Below are positions 1-13,449 of a stretch of 64,000 nt of DNA, in pieces. The notes beneath the pieces were generated by a model. That model was not told where the DNA came from. It did not search any database and saw only the letters and a list, made by a program, of their open reading frames with translations. Source of the stretch: Phoronis australis. Lineage: Eukaryota > Animalia > Phoronida. The stretch covers positions 124,001 to 188,000 of the forward strand of contig NMRA01000441.1 of assembly GCA_002633005.1 (NCBI GenBank), written 5' to 3'. Within the stretch, counting starts at the first letter, position 1, and the number at the start of each line of letters is the position of its first letter. A program made the position numbers and the translations under genes.

Positions 1-1529
1 AAATGTTGATCTTCTTTCAATTGTTTATGAGTCGCATACCGCAGCAGAGTCTGGTGACTTGTAAAACTCAAAAGCGCCCCGTTTCACAGCGAAGCGAATA
101 CGAGACTCGACTGTTTACAAACAAACAAAGCCAATGTCACAGAACATGTTGGTGACCACACCGGACAAGAAATGGCCAGCGGCAAAATTGTACCTAAAAC
201 ACTGTATTCAAAGAAGCTTTATAAACCATTACAAATCTTTTCTTCACAAATTCTGTCCCGAGTACTGTATATTCTGTACACAATATTGTGTGATATTATG
301 CCTCACATTCTCGTGGTTTTCAATTCATTTCCGAAGTGTGCAGAAATGTTTGCACGTCTTGTCCAAGCCACACTGGGCTTGCTACTCGTAGCGTGAAAAT
401 TTATCGTGCCTCACAATCTCATGTTCTTCTTTTCTGAGAAGAATTGTAGTATGAAATTTTATGATAAGACTTTTGTAAATACACTGAGACTATTTTGTGT
501 ACAGACAGATTTTGTAAACAAAAGCATTTGTATACGCTCTCTTACTGTATCACAGTGTCATCGCGCTTATGTAAATTTATGATTACAAACGGTTTTCATT
601 AAGTCAGTCCTGAGCGCTACATTTGAACACAATGGTGTGTACATGTATTTATTGTATCTCACAGTTTCGTTATTTTTATTGCTGAGAATTGTTTACACGT
701 CTTGACCCAGTCACCCTTGTACATTTATGGCTTGACTTTTGTAAATACATTACATACTTTGTGTTCAATACTGTATTTTTAATACTTCCTTAGTTTTGAC
801 TTTAACAAATAGTTGATTACCGTACAGTATGTTGCGGCAGGGTCAAATGTTCTGGAAAGAAAAAAATATTTGTACTGCCTGGTGAAAGAATCCCGCAGCC
901 GCATATCCAGCCTAAATCTGACAGAAATTATTATTGAACCTTTTCAATGAGACGGTCTCTTCACGAAAAATTCTTGTCTATTGCGATGAACAATAATGTT
1001 CACATGAAGGTGTTACTATTTGACACGGTCATTTCCTAAAAACTAGCTGCTAGTTATCCTATGGCCCTAGATCTTTTTCCAACAACACAGTCACGTATTT
1101 TGAGACTTCAACGTCTCGCAAATTCTACCTCCCAGACCAAGCATTTAAATTGACCGCTGGATTCTAAATTATCGGCCAGTGTACATTCTTATTCACTAAA
1201 TGAAAGTAGTTCACAACTGGTCAGACCTAATGTTACCATGCAGCTGGAAACCAACAAAGACCTATTCAAATCGCTGATAAAAGCGTGACAAACTTAATAT
1301 TATACTGCCCGAAGCCCTTAGGTTTGCTTCACAGTCAAAATAACGTTATGGATAAAGGGTTTTTTAAAACATTATGATCTTATACAGTTCGGTTAACAAC
1401 CGGCGGAGTTGCGAAAAGTTGTAATGACAATAAATTCCCTAGCGATAACCAACACCGGTGCCAACGAATGCCAAGTTCCATGCATGCGCGGCCAACCTCA
1501 AGGGCTCGATATAGAAGTTGGCATTCCAG

Positions 1530-1930
1530 GACCCGGTCTCCAATCTTTTTACTCGAAATGGAACTCGAAATTGGGTTTGGCATTTTCTATTCTACTTTTG
1601 GGCGAACCCAAGATAAGTGTCTATTATTCTATGCTCGAGTACACAATAACTTACGTAGAAAATTTATTGACCTTAGTTCACAGTTTGTAAACCCAATATT
1701 AAAGCAATAAATTCGAGTTTGAACTCGAAATTTCGAGTTTTTACTCGAGTTTGTAGCACGAATATAAGGGTATTCAAGGGCAAACTTGAACTAGAAACTC
1801 CTATGCATAAACTATAATGTATTCGAGCACAGTCTGACAACCAATTATCTTAAGTTCGCACAAAAGGAACAGAGAAATTGCCAAAAATAGTTTCGAGTTC
1901 GTTTCGAGTACAAAGATTAGAGACCGGGCC
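1530..1930. mobile_element. Harbinger/PIF-like MITE, copy 1
   Basis: Imperfect TIRs (G.CCCGGTCTCCAATCTTTTTACTCGAAA / TTTCGAGTACAAAGATTAGAGACCGGGCC), flanks CAG/AAG; near-identical to 27539-27930. Confidence 0.75.
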
Positions 1931-4900
1931 AAGGGCTCGAGTTCTATGCTAAAAACCTGGCAGAAAACATTTTACTCACTACCCAACAGAGGTCGCACCA
2001 GTACAGTTTCACAGGAAAGGCGGGTAGAAGTGAGACCGCCAGTAGACCATTTTACTGAAGGAGACAGTTGTGATCAAAGCAACGTAAAGTTTTAACAAGG
2101 TACGTCCCTCTGAAATTTTCATAATTTGTTATACGGAATAACATAACTCTGCATAGACGGATCCACGGCACGGGGGTCCGGACCGGCCCCTTTTCCCTTG
2201 ATTTTAGTGATATCAAATCTAGAATTTTCAACTGAAATTGTTGGCTTGAACACTCCTTTTAAAAAATCCTTGATACGACCCCCCCCCCAAAAAAATACTG
2301 AATCCACCCCTTCTCTGTGCTCCATATTACTTATGTTTCCACAAAGCTTATCATCACCTAAATTGTATCAAAAGGGTTACATGTACTGAAAGTAGAGAAA
2401 GTCCGTAAACGGGCTGGAAAGAAAATTCTTAGTGGACAAGTACGTTACGAAGTTGGATTTGTCCGTTGAAATGACCTTGTGGTTTGTCGTATTTGTGACA
2501 TGGGGTGAGTATCTCTGGTAAAATTCGACGAAAACTAATTGACCGAAGCCGGCTTTTGCCTTACCTTTTTTACTAATAATCAAACAATTCCTGCTAGTAA
2601 ATCCTGCTTTTAAAATATCAAAGCCCTTCTCACACATGCTCTGTCAAAACAGCTTGTAAATCTAAATTAACTAGCATGAAAACGCTCCATGTCATTTGTA
2701 ATTAACAGTAGTTTTACTTTCTACCAATAGGCTGCGGTGTGACTAGCTATTTTGGCCTATGCTCGCTTCATTAATTTGTTTAGTGCGACCAACCGTAAAT
2801 GTGTTTGTTAATGTCACACAATAGTATTTTCGAGCCACACTAGAAGCACATGCCCTCTCCCCCATTTCACAAGAAAACTGGGACGTGCTGGATCTACTGT
2901 AAGAGTGGTGGCTACGAATTTTTTAACATGTTTTGGGAAAAATGCAATTGCCCCCTTGACCAATCTTTCTTGCAACCGTGGCTGTTCGTTAATAGTTAAC
3001 CACTTTCTGTCTGCAAGGCAAGTTTTGGCTGGAAATTCAGGTACCCTTAAAACTTTTCACGTTAATAAAAACGACATGGTCGACACCCATTGTCTACCCA
3101 ATTTTTGGAATCTGGAGTGTTTTGGAATTCTGGGTGCGTTGTGTGCTGGTGTCTAGTAGTCGCATGTGAGACGTGGCCTTGAGTTGAAAACTGCCAATTT
3201 TGTGAGATTTGCTCGTTTCTGGCATAACCTTCTAGGTTTTCTGTGAATGCAAGTTTCTTAGACTATAGGTAGGCACATATTTCATATTTTGTGGTTTGTT
3301 GTAGAAAAGAAATACTGAACTGCTGGGAGACAAAAATGAGGAAAAACTGTTGAGTGGACCTAAAATGCTTGAGACAATTATGATCAATGACTCCACAAAC
3401 ACGAACTCCAATTTTCAACATTTGTCATCTTTATCAAATTCATTGGCAAGTTACATGAAAATGAGTTACTTCAAACGCGGAAACATTTTACATTTGAAAA
3501 TTATATGGATGAGTTGGGAAACATTAAAATAAAGTTGCCATGTGAAAGTACACACAAAAGCCTTTTTAACCCTACAACTCAGGGCCAACTGACTAAAACC
3601 ACACTGCGGTGTAGTCAGCCGCACAAAAACCTATCCGCCAGTAGAATCAAAATTTATTGTTGGAAGTATTTTGGCGTGCAGTGCCACTGCACGTGAGCTA
3701 CTGCACGTGAGGTTTGTGGACGACGAGACCATAACTTTTTACTTTGAAGACATAGTAACTGGTGTTCAAATGAAATTTTCATGAACGCATTGTAAGAAAA
3801 CTAAAAACAACAAATGGTAGTGTGATTTTCTGAGGTTATTCTCTTCAATTTATTTTCACGTGCACTTACCTGTGGTAAAGAATTGTTCACGGTTGCTTCC
3901 GTCACGTGGATTTTTCTGTGCTTGCGGGAAGCAACGTTTCCCATGACGATGAAAGATTCGAGAAAAACAAGAAAGAAAACGAGCAGGCTAGGTGTACCAA
4001 GGTATTGTGATGACATCCCAGTCTAACTTGTTTGTCCACTGAATTGTCCTAAGGGTGGTGATTGTGCTATGATTAGCACTAGAGTTATGTAACTACACGT
4101 AATGCAAACATACAATAGCTTGATTACGTAAATGATAGCGGTTACGCCAAAAGGGAGACAAATATAGTGGCTGGTAGTAAACAACTACTGGGGAATTCTG
4201 GCTTTTCAATGTGGCCAATGATTGATCGGACGCATCTATGAGCTAGTGTAGAAATGTTGAAGAAGGTCGTCTTCACCTATAGCTTGGAGACTAGTATATC
4301 GAATTTGTTTGAGGGTTGTCCAATAGAAGATTCATAAGTGACGTGACCCTTAGACGGTGGTTGTATTTAATTTACAGGCAAAATCCCAACTAAAGTAGAT
4401 TTGCCTTTCCCAATTTAATTTCCAATAAAAACAACCACGCTTGGAGTTGTAGAAACAAAAAGTAAGTTTATAGAAGGGTAGCCCTTTTCATGAAGGCTGG
4501 TTGTAAACAGGACTTCGCTTTTGATTTCGGTGTCCCTCTTTAAAATGGTGGGTACTGATACAGATGCACAACCCTTACTGAAAATAGTCTGGCCATTAGC
4601 CTTGGGATCAAGTGTATCAGCCAGACTTCAAAAAATCTTCCACATAGTTTTTATCAATACAGGAACAAGCAATGAGCTTCGTCAATCGAAAGACGCAGGA
4701 AGCAACGTTCTGTAAATTCCATCCCTGTATGTATTTACGCCTGACTTTGCAATCAATCTTTTTAGTTGATAACAAATGTCTATGCAGAAACCAAATATTA
4801 TTAAGTTTCAATATTCCAGAGTAAAATTACGTTATCTTCAAAACAAATTGGTCCTGCCATTAAATGATCCTCAACTCGAATGAAACTTTGGCTAAACTGA

Positions 4901-5105
4901 TTTGCTTTCAAATTTGTCTTGTGATATGAGCTTGTGGAGCAAAACTTGCCGAGTTGTTAATGTTTGCCCTTAAAGGAATGCTGTCAGAATCGACATAGTT
5001 AGATTTCTTGAAGTTGTTAACTTTGACTAGAGCTACAACACAATCAGTCGTGTTCTTTTAATTTCATTAGAAGACGCCAATTCTCAACCTGGTCCGTCAG
5101 TCAAT

Positions 5106-5489
5106 AGGGCCGTCCCGGATTACACGGCGATGGAACTCCCCTTTGTCCCGGAGCGCGTGACATCGTTTTGGAAATCAGGCACATTTTCGTGTCTCTCACT
5201 GATGTCGAGAAAGCGAACAATTTTAGATCACGCATCCACGGGTATTTGCTCAGTTTATCAAAGTTTCTCACGTTGGAGTTGCAGCCCACAGCACAACAAA
5301 ATGAGTAATACTTAGTTGGCACTGGCAGGAAAGTGATGCAACCGAAAAAGAATCAGACAACAACAAATAACGTGAGAAACTCCAGTGGCACAAAAACGAT
5401 GCGGCCGCGAATGTGCCTGATGGATGTTTTCGGTGTTGTGGGTTTATTCAGCGAGATTCGAGTGTGGTTGATTAATCCGGGACGGCCCT
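5106..5489 (-). mobile_element. ISL2EU-like non-autonomous element carrying a THAP N-terminal fragment, copy 1
   Basis: TIR AGGGCCGTCCCGGATTA / TAATCCGGGACGGCCCT flanked by AT; minus-strand MP..Y..CCAVGCNSN...FAF is THAP-like. Confidence 0.65.
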
Positions 5490-6193
5490 ATTCATCAGGT
5501 AACCGCGTGGACCGAATTGCATTCGTGTGCATTGGAAAATGACCGAGAATGCCAGAGGAGGTGCCCCTCCTCATTACCCAAAAAGTCTCGTCGCACCGTT
5601 GATGAATTTGGTGGAATTAATACAAAATGGCAACGACGTTTTGTGAAATCTACTACGGTTGCTTTCTTGCAAAACAATAGAGCTTTTCAAAATTATGGAC
5701 GTAAACGATGGCATGAAGATGACAAGCACCGCGATCTTGATGGTGTTCCACCTGGCAATGATTATTCAAAATGGAATGGAGTTCTAGAGAACTTTCAATT
5801 AGTAAGCAACAAGAAGTCTTATCATATAAATGTCTCTTCGTGCGTTTGTGAACTCTGGGTAAATTTCAATAAATTTTTAGAGAACACGCTATTAAAAACC
5901 GTACCGATTAAAGTTTTGTAATCGGATGTTAATAAAAATGTGGTTGTTGTTTACAGCTGTCCCGCTGTGTTATATTCGTACGTTGGTGAAATTGCTTGGA
6001 ATAATTTGCGACCAATAAGCATGGCTACAGCAATGCCTGGTGTAAAATATTCACCGTAGTGTACAACTGAAGTGTACCTGACTTCCAATTGTATTTCCAA
6101 GTCATTCGTTTCCAGAGAAAATTTTCAATTTTCCATGACGCTCAAGAAATTACACCCGCTTCCTTCCCGACGTAAAATGAGCAGAATTAATTG

Positions 6194-6435
6194 TTCATAC
6201 AAACGAGTCCAGGTCGATAATCTGAAAAGTTAATATAGTCCCAAAACAAAGTTTGGGACTATGGGCCTTTCAAACCAAAATAAGCATGCAGTCTACCTTT
6301 ATGTTATTTTAATTGTTATTGTATCACTTAATGGCCGATAAACGAAGGGTTTTTGGTTCGACGAGCCGATAGTCCAAAATTTTGTTTTCGGACTATTGAG
6401 GCTTCGGATTATTGACCTAGATCCGTTTGTATGAA
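6194..6435. mobile_element. Palindromic MITE
   Basis: Long imperfect inverted repeat ttcatacaaacgagtccaggtcgataatc ... gattattgacctagatccgtttgtatgaa. Confidence 0.5.
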
Positions 6436-7174
6436 AATCGATCTTAGTCGATAGTTCGAAAGTTCCTTGCTCCTAAAGGCTGTTGGTCAAAAGAGCCGTT
6501 TGTCAGGCTAAAGGAAGTGCAGTAAAAGGATCAAGTTTTATTAATAAGAAAAATAAAATGCGTTCCAATTTTTAATCTTTTACGGCATAAAAACGCATTC
6601 CGTCTCAGTCCGAAGCTCGTTTCTAAGATTGGCTTAAACTATTTCAGTGAACTTGATGAACCATCTTCAGAACATCGTCAGCAGACCTGTTTGTCTTTTG
6701 AATCACTTATTTACCATTTCAATTCCAATCAATACCTGCTACAATATCGGAAATTTCCGATAGAATGGCCCTGCCACAAGGTGACGATCCGTGATATAAA
6801 ATCGTGATGCATTGCTGAAAGAAATACACTGTAACCACAACAAGGTGGCGCTACAGGTATTTCAGGAATCGGCTATATCGAAGCTGCATTTCCCTAAAAC
6901 GCTTATTCAGTTGAACTATTTCAAGAAAACTTCTTTGATTGGTCATTTCAAAGCATTTGTCAAAAGCTGGAATATGCACCGACAGATTGGTTAAGTTTGA
7001 TTTTGAAAGACGATTGATTATTTTCATTGTAGATGTTCTTTATTGGGGACAAATAAAACAACAAGAATAATAAATATTTTAAGTTGTATTGGGAATTTCA
7101 GGGTCACAGCTCTACAAATAAATATTTCACAGAAGGAACCAGATGGGTTCCTTAATTACAAGAGATAACACACA

Positions 7175-7400
7175 CATTTCCGATACCCAAAGTGTAACTG
7201 AGTATCGGATACTAAGTGGCACAGGTTAGCATAGTACCAAATGGGTACATAATACCAAATGGGTATTGGCCGATTGCCTACCAACTGGGTCGAGCAAAGC
7301 GGCAAATTCAATAACAAGTACCAAGTGGGTACAAACTGCCAAATGGGCAAATATCATATAAAGTACCAAGTGGGTACACCAAACAGCCAACTGGGCTATA
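7175..7400. repeat. Short tandem motif array (ACCAA[A/G]TGGGTA), possibly the subterminal repeats of a Mutator-type element
   Basis: Several variants (taccaaatgggtac, taccaagtgggtac, gccaaatgggc) at irregular spacing. Confidence 0.5.
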
Positions 7401-7959
7401 ACAACCTGCAAAGCAGGTTCCGGACAAGCTGAGTGAGCAGACCAGCCGGAGTGATAAAAAGAGATATTGTAAGGAACGTGGTGTTGTGGCTCAGTATGTG
7501 CCGAGAGCTGTGACCGGGGTGGAGAGAAGCAAGCTGCAGTAATGGACGCTCAAGTACAGGTCTTGTCGCTAGCCAATGACGTCGGGTCTTGCCTGACGGT
7601 AACACGCTCCGGGCTTGAAGAAGGTACCAGCAGTGGCTGTAAAAACAACAATAACCAACAGCAGATTTTGTTCGGCAAAAGGGGTGGAGCGTGGTAAAGG
7701 TAGAAAACGCTTGACGTGAAATTTTGTGGTACCCCGGGTAGGGAGGGCGGGAGAGGTATAAACTTGTCTAATTAGGAAAACTTACGAGTGAATGTACTGT
7801 TGCTTGAGGCTGGGCCAACAGGAAGCTGGAGAGAAAGAACAAACAGCGCAACCATCGGACTTGGTAGGAACTAACCAGGAGTTGGATATGAAGCATGAAG
7901 GGCTCTATAATGGTATTTGCCCAAATAATAAGATTTATGTCAGAGTGCCATAAATCTCA

Positions 7960-9270
7960 TTATATTTCATCCAAAAACAAAATTTTGAATATTGGTCATT
8001 GATTTCCGTAAGAAGTGGTAATCATTGCTCCGGGATCCCGGGGTGTAAAAGTACTTTTTTATGGCAGTAACATACGCTGGAAATTGGGATACGTTGGAGT
8101 TGATGACGACGACAGTGTCGCCCACCACTATAAGAAACGCTTTGGACCTAAACGCCGATCCCCACCCCCCGATATCAACCTGATTGCAGCATGCCGGCAC
8201 AACCATGCATGAAATTAAACGAGGGGCAACTTAGAACACAAGACCCATCGAGACCACTGAAGCGTGAGTATGATGCTGTCGCCCTTGACCAAAGACGCAT
8301 CTGTACCAGCCAGCGACACCCTCAACAGATGATGAAGTCCAATTTGCAGGTATGTAAACAAATGTCCCGTGACCGCTTCTTGATTTTCTTCTCAAAAAAC
8401 TTGGTAGTAGTTTATGTTAACTATTTATCGCTGTTTATGTTAAGTTGATAATAACTTTTCAAACTTTTCAATGGCTATTTTAAACAAGATTCATTCATTT
8501 CAACAGGGAATCTGTTCTTGTGTGTGAATTGCAGATGCATTTCCCTCGTGTTTATCTCCTAATTTAAAAGGGGAATACTTGCTTTTCTTGTGATGTACTG
8601 CATATACCCATATGCAAATGAGGACTTATTTTCGAACTCTGATTGATAACTTTTCGATTACATTAAAGGAATATAGAAGAATACATGGACAGGCCAAACG
8701 TTTCTTTTGTGCAATGATGAAAAATTTGGACTAGCAGTTCTTGTGATATGAAAAAACTTAGATAATCTGTCGAAATGATCAGACATAAATGTTGACGGGA
8801 CTTTCCGAATACGCCCTCCATCCAACTACATGTACCAGTAAGTTATATTCCACGGCAACTATGATGGACGTGCACTTCCTTTTGCCAATGTTTTGAGCAG
8901 AAGCCGTACTGTTGGGCATTACGCGCATAACACAACGTGATGGCGACCTACTCTCATTTTAGTCAAAACGTGGAAAAATGAAGACTATGGGCTAGCGGGC
9001 TCGTGCAGACATCGAAACGCCCTCAAGAAAGTTGTCAAAAATTATACGGCTCAAAGGTATTTGCCTACTGACACTAGTCAGGAACCAGTTTAGGACATAC
9101 ACGGCCTCACAAGCGATACGTACAAAGGCAGGTGCGACGTTATCCTGTTCTGGGACAATTCATTAGGCATATCCCACGCAACTACTTCAATGGCATATTC
9201 CCATCGGCAATGTGGAATGTCTGCCTTCGTGGCGTGGACAACAGGACTAACAACCGTGTAGAGAGTAAGT
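7960..9270 (+). mobile_element. Degraded Mutator (MULE) transposase remnant
   Basis: Hand translation gives DGTFRIRPP..YMYQ*VIFHGNYDGRALPFANVL (~8794-8897) and GIFPSAMWNV...RTNNRVES (~9192-9266), which are MULE DDE-core motifs. Stops and frameshifts are present. Confidence 0.6.
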
Positions 9271-9765
9271 AAAACACCCACCGTTCTCTTGAATTTTTAT
9301 AAACACCTAAGTATGTTTTTCCAAAAAATGTTATCGTCCTTATTTTTTTGATGACTTGGACATTTTATTTTAAATGCAAGCACTCTCGAAAGACAAACAC
9401 TTGAAACAAATGATTGAAATTTTAAAATAATTACATTTCAAAAAGAAAGGAATTTAGATATTGAAGTTATCCCCATAATACAAATAATAGTTTTGTGTCG
9501 AATGTACCAGTGTAACATACAATAGCTTATAACAATATTGATATTTGGTTTAAGGTTGTCGGGATGGAACAACACAGTCGGCATTCTACACCCATATCTA
9601 TGACTATTTATTCGACATCCGAAAGATTCGTAAGCCAACTTAGAGGTTGCTGTCGATAGAGATGACGAAGCCCCACCAAGAAATCAGAAATGAAGATGGT
9701 TAGTGCGAGAGAACGTTTGCTTATGTCACTCGCACGATCCGGTGGGCCTATCGATACCCCTCTCC

Positions 9766-9977
<212 letters not shown>

Positions 9978-12769
9978 ACCCCCACGGCAATTGCTCTCGT
10001 AACCACTTTTCATCCCACGGCCGGTGGATTCCTCCAGTGATTGCTGCCTCACAAGGTTCCGTTTTGTGCCTTGCTCCCCCCGGACGTATAATGACTAAAA
10101 ACATGGCATACCGTTTTAATGCCTGCACGGACTATTTATCCTTGGAAACCTTAGGTGTCCCCACCTTTCAGACATTCTAGGTCAATCGCTGTGTAATAAT
10201 ATTAGAGGTTGTTCTATGGTGACTTACCAACGAAAAAATTCCGAATTTAGTATGTGATACCTTCTCGTTGAACATTATTTTCATGGTTTCATTCTCTGGG
10301 AACCAGAAACGTAGAATGTCGAGCGTGGTTGCAGCCACGGACTTATTTTGGGGATCGAAAGTGATTTATTTCACCTGGCATTCGGAAGCGTTGCATTTTA
10401 GGTGTTCCCAGAGTGTGCGTTATTTCGCCTATAAGGACTTCAACTTCTTTGTGTAATTTTTACTTACCGCCACAGAAATACAGACTCCGATTTTGTATAT
10501 TGTTTCTTTTTGTTTACTGTAAATTATAGAGAAATCGCAAAACATAAAGATTGGCATATTATACATTTTCGACGTTGTGCATATTTTAAATAACTTGTTA
10601 AAACTTGCTGAAGTGACTGATCGACTGACATAATATCAAAATACGCCTCGATGATTATCAAAATTTGGGATGGCAATCGGCATGGTGATCGAGAGCGAAC
10701 CAGTCAGTAAATGCAATCGTATATGTTTTTCAAAACTGTTGAAGAAAAATATTACTATTTTTCCGAAGTCGCTAGAAAAATGTCATGAGTTAAAATTTGT
10801 TAAAATTTCTTCAATATTTTTATGTAAAATTTAAATCAGGAATGTCCAGAATCTCCGTTTTGAACAAGGCTTACTTTATCGTCCACTAACGCGGGAAATG
10901 GGTGTGATTTGGTTTGCTTAGTTAACTGAAGTTGGCAAGTGAACGAAACCGTGGAAGAGTGTGTGCTCAGGTATGCGCACACTGTGATTCAGACGCTGCT
11001 CATGGTCGTGAAAATTCTATATACACGTGTATTTATTGCCATTTGTTTTTCAGAGTATTTTACTCGTACTGATTTCAACTCTCTGGGTGGTAAAGTTAAA
11101 AACTAGAAGCTGATCGGTAAATCGAGCATGAGAGTTTAAAAACGAATTGTTCCGGGATTAATGATTGCCCAGGCTACCGATTCGGGCTAATACGCATACA
11201 TGTATATGCCAGAAGTTTCACATGTAACTGCCAAGTACGATATCATTGGAACACATGCAATTGGCTGCTCGTTAGTGATCGACAGGTCCACGCAGTGCAC
11301 GTGTGTTATGTTTGGAAGTTATTCGTGGTTACGTTCCAAAAGTCTTGACCTCATAAATTGTCGGGGAACGGGTAACCAAGTACGGAAGTTTAAAATTAAA
11401 AGTTTGTTACGGATAGGCGTTTATTCAAACGTGGGCGTTAACTCGAACAGAATACGGTGGCACAAATAGATAATGGCAAAAATGCATTTCGTAAGTTTCG
11501 ACAAAATTAAAATGTGGTTTAAGGAAATGTAGGACCCTGGCAAAAGTCGAAATTTTGCGGAACGTCTTATCTCAGGAATGGCTGATTGAATTCGTGTAGA
11601 ATATACGATAATTTATGCACGGTTTCCAAAACCGTTGTTACAAATTGTTTTAAAAAATGTTCCAGTTTTGGATAAGGGACTATAAAAATAGGACTTTACA
11701 TGATGTACATAAAAAAATCAAAACAAAATGGTATTTTAGAAAACTGTAGCAGTGTTTTTGAGATCTCATCTTGATCATTTATGTCAAATAAAATTTAATC
11801 GTGTTATTGATATCGTTGTCTTGCTAAAATGTAATTTTTTGGTAATTTTTCCTAAAAAGACATGGTTACTAGACCTAGTTAATGGCACATTGGTAAACAA
11901 TGAAGACAATTAAATTTTCAGGCTTTCTATTTTCAACACATAGGACTGAGTTGAAATCAATAGTTTTGTTCATGCATGTATTTGGGGTCGTCTTGTCAAT
12001 AAGATCCTGCGTAAATGTGAGTCTTTAGTTGAACTGAACCCAATATGCAGGAAGAGAATGCTTTAACAGGTATTAAAGCGGATTAAACATTCATGACAAT
12101 TATCACTAATCAAATGTTAATTAGTGCTGAAGCATAACAGATTCCGAATCTTTCAAACCAAGCAAGTTTATTAAACTGCAATAATTCACTTAACAAAGCT
12201 TAACACATACCGCAAATACGTTTTAATTCAATTATAATATTATAATCAATGTAATCGCAATACCTGTACTGCATAAGCTAAAATATGGTAACAAACATAT
12301 GCTCGTTGAGGGCTCCAATCTCTGTTATTGTGTCGGCGCTAGATAATTTTAAGAACACGTCATGAACTTGAGGCCAGTTATTCACAGAACCCATCCGGTT
12401 ATATTGAGAGCAACTCCAGTTTAATACTACACATGGTAATCATAAGAAGGCAGCCTGGACTAAACGTAAATGGTACTTCACACGTCTGCACACGACGCCA
12501 AAGGTAAAACACACTTTTGTTCACAATTGATTCAGAAATGTCAAGTCTCAAATATGGCCACAATCAACCAAAAACACGATAACGTGAGTACGTATTTTCG
12601 AGTAAGGAGCATACAATGTAGCTGTGCATTTTCGATAAGTTTGTAGCAACACCTAAATTCCAGCGGCAGCAACTGTACTTTCCTACGCATACGTGTACAT
12701 GTATGCACAATGAGGGGTAAATCTTTGACTTATATAAATTATGTGTTACAAAATAGCAATAACCACATC

Positions 12770-13305
12770 AGGGCAGAGACTAATCTTTGTTCTACAAATA
12801 GAACTAGATATTATTTTTTTATACCACAATATTAGCGTCAAGTGGCAGATACAACCGTGTAATAACCCATAAACGCCTCGGGCGATAATTCTCCAAAATC
12901 CACTCGGGCTCTATATAACGGGGGATAACGACTTGGCCATGTAATAATCTATATGTATATTTCCTTTCCTACCTTCTTGGGAGCTCGAGAAAGGTGTTAT
13001 TTATTCTGTGCTGGAATGCATTTTGTTTTATGCATGCGAGTTTCTAGTACAAGTTCAAATTTGACGGCGCCTAGATTCGAGCTACAGTGTAAAAACTCGA
13101 GATGTCGAGTAAAAACTAGAAATTTCAAGTTCAGACTCGAATTTGTATCAACAAGTGCAAACTAGGATAAGATATTATCCACGTTAGCCAATACGTACAC
13201 GAATACAGAGTAACAGTTACTTATCTTGAGTTCGCTTATAAATAGAATACACAATACAAACATAATTTCGAGTTCGATTTCTAGATAAAATATTAGATAC
13301 CGGGC
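12770..13305 (-). mobile_element. Diverged member of the same Harbinger-like MITE family, just downstream of the toxin-like gene stop
   Basis: Right end ttcgagttcgatttctagataaaatattagataccggg and internal ACTCGA/TCGAGT motifs resemble 1530-1930 in reverse orientation; boundaries approximate. Confidence 0.5.
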
Positions 13306-13449
13306 TTCATGCTCCACACACGTTTTTCTGAAAATGAATAAATGTGCAAATTCTGTGGGAGGATACCATAAACTGCACTTTGATGAGACAATTTGAGTAA
13401 ATTGTCCTTAGCCTGTCATGTGCTAGTAATTGCATGGCTAAACTTTCGT

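Noticed and set aside
134-396. Cys-rich short ORFs at the window start
   Set aside because: No convincing domain or splice-consistent structure; the same applies to most 60-130-aa ORFs in the track.
7175-7400. CRISPR-like repeat array
   Set aside because: Repeats are short, degenerate and irregularly spaced, the context is eukaryotic, and no cas genes are present.
7420-7900. Possible DIRS tyrosine-recombinase remnant (PGHSSR resembles GHSFR) on the minus strand
   Set aside because: Only one weak motif; not supportable without a search.
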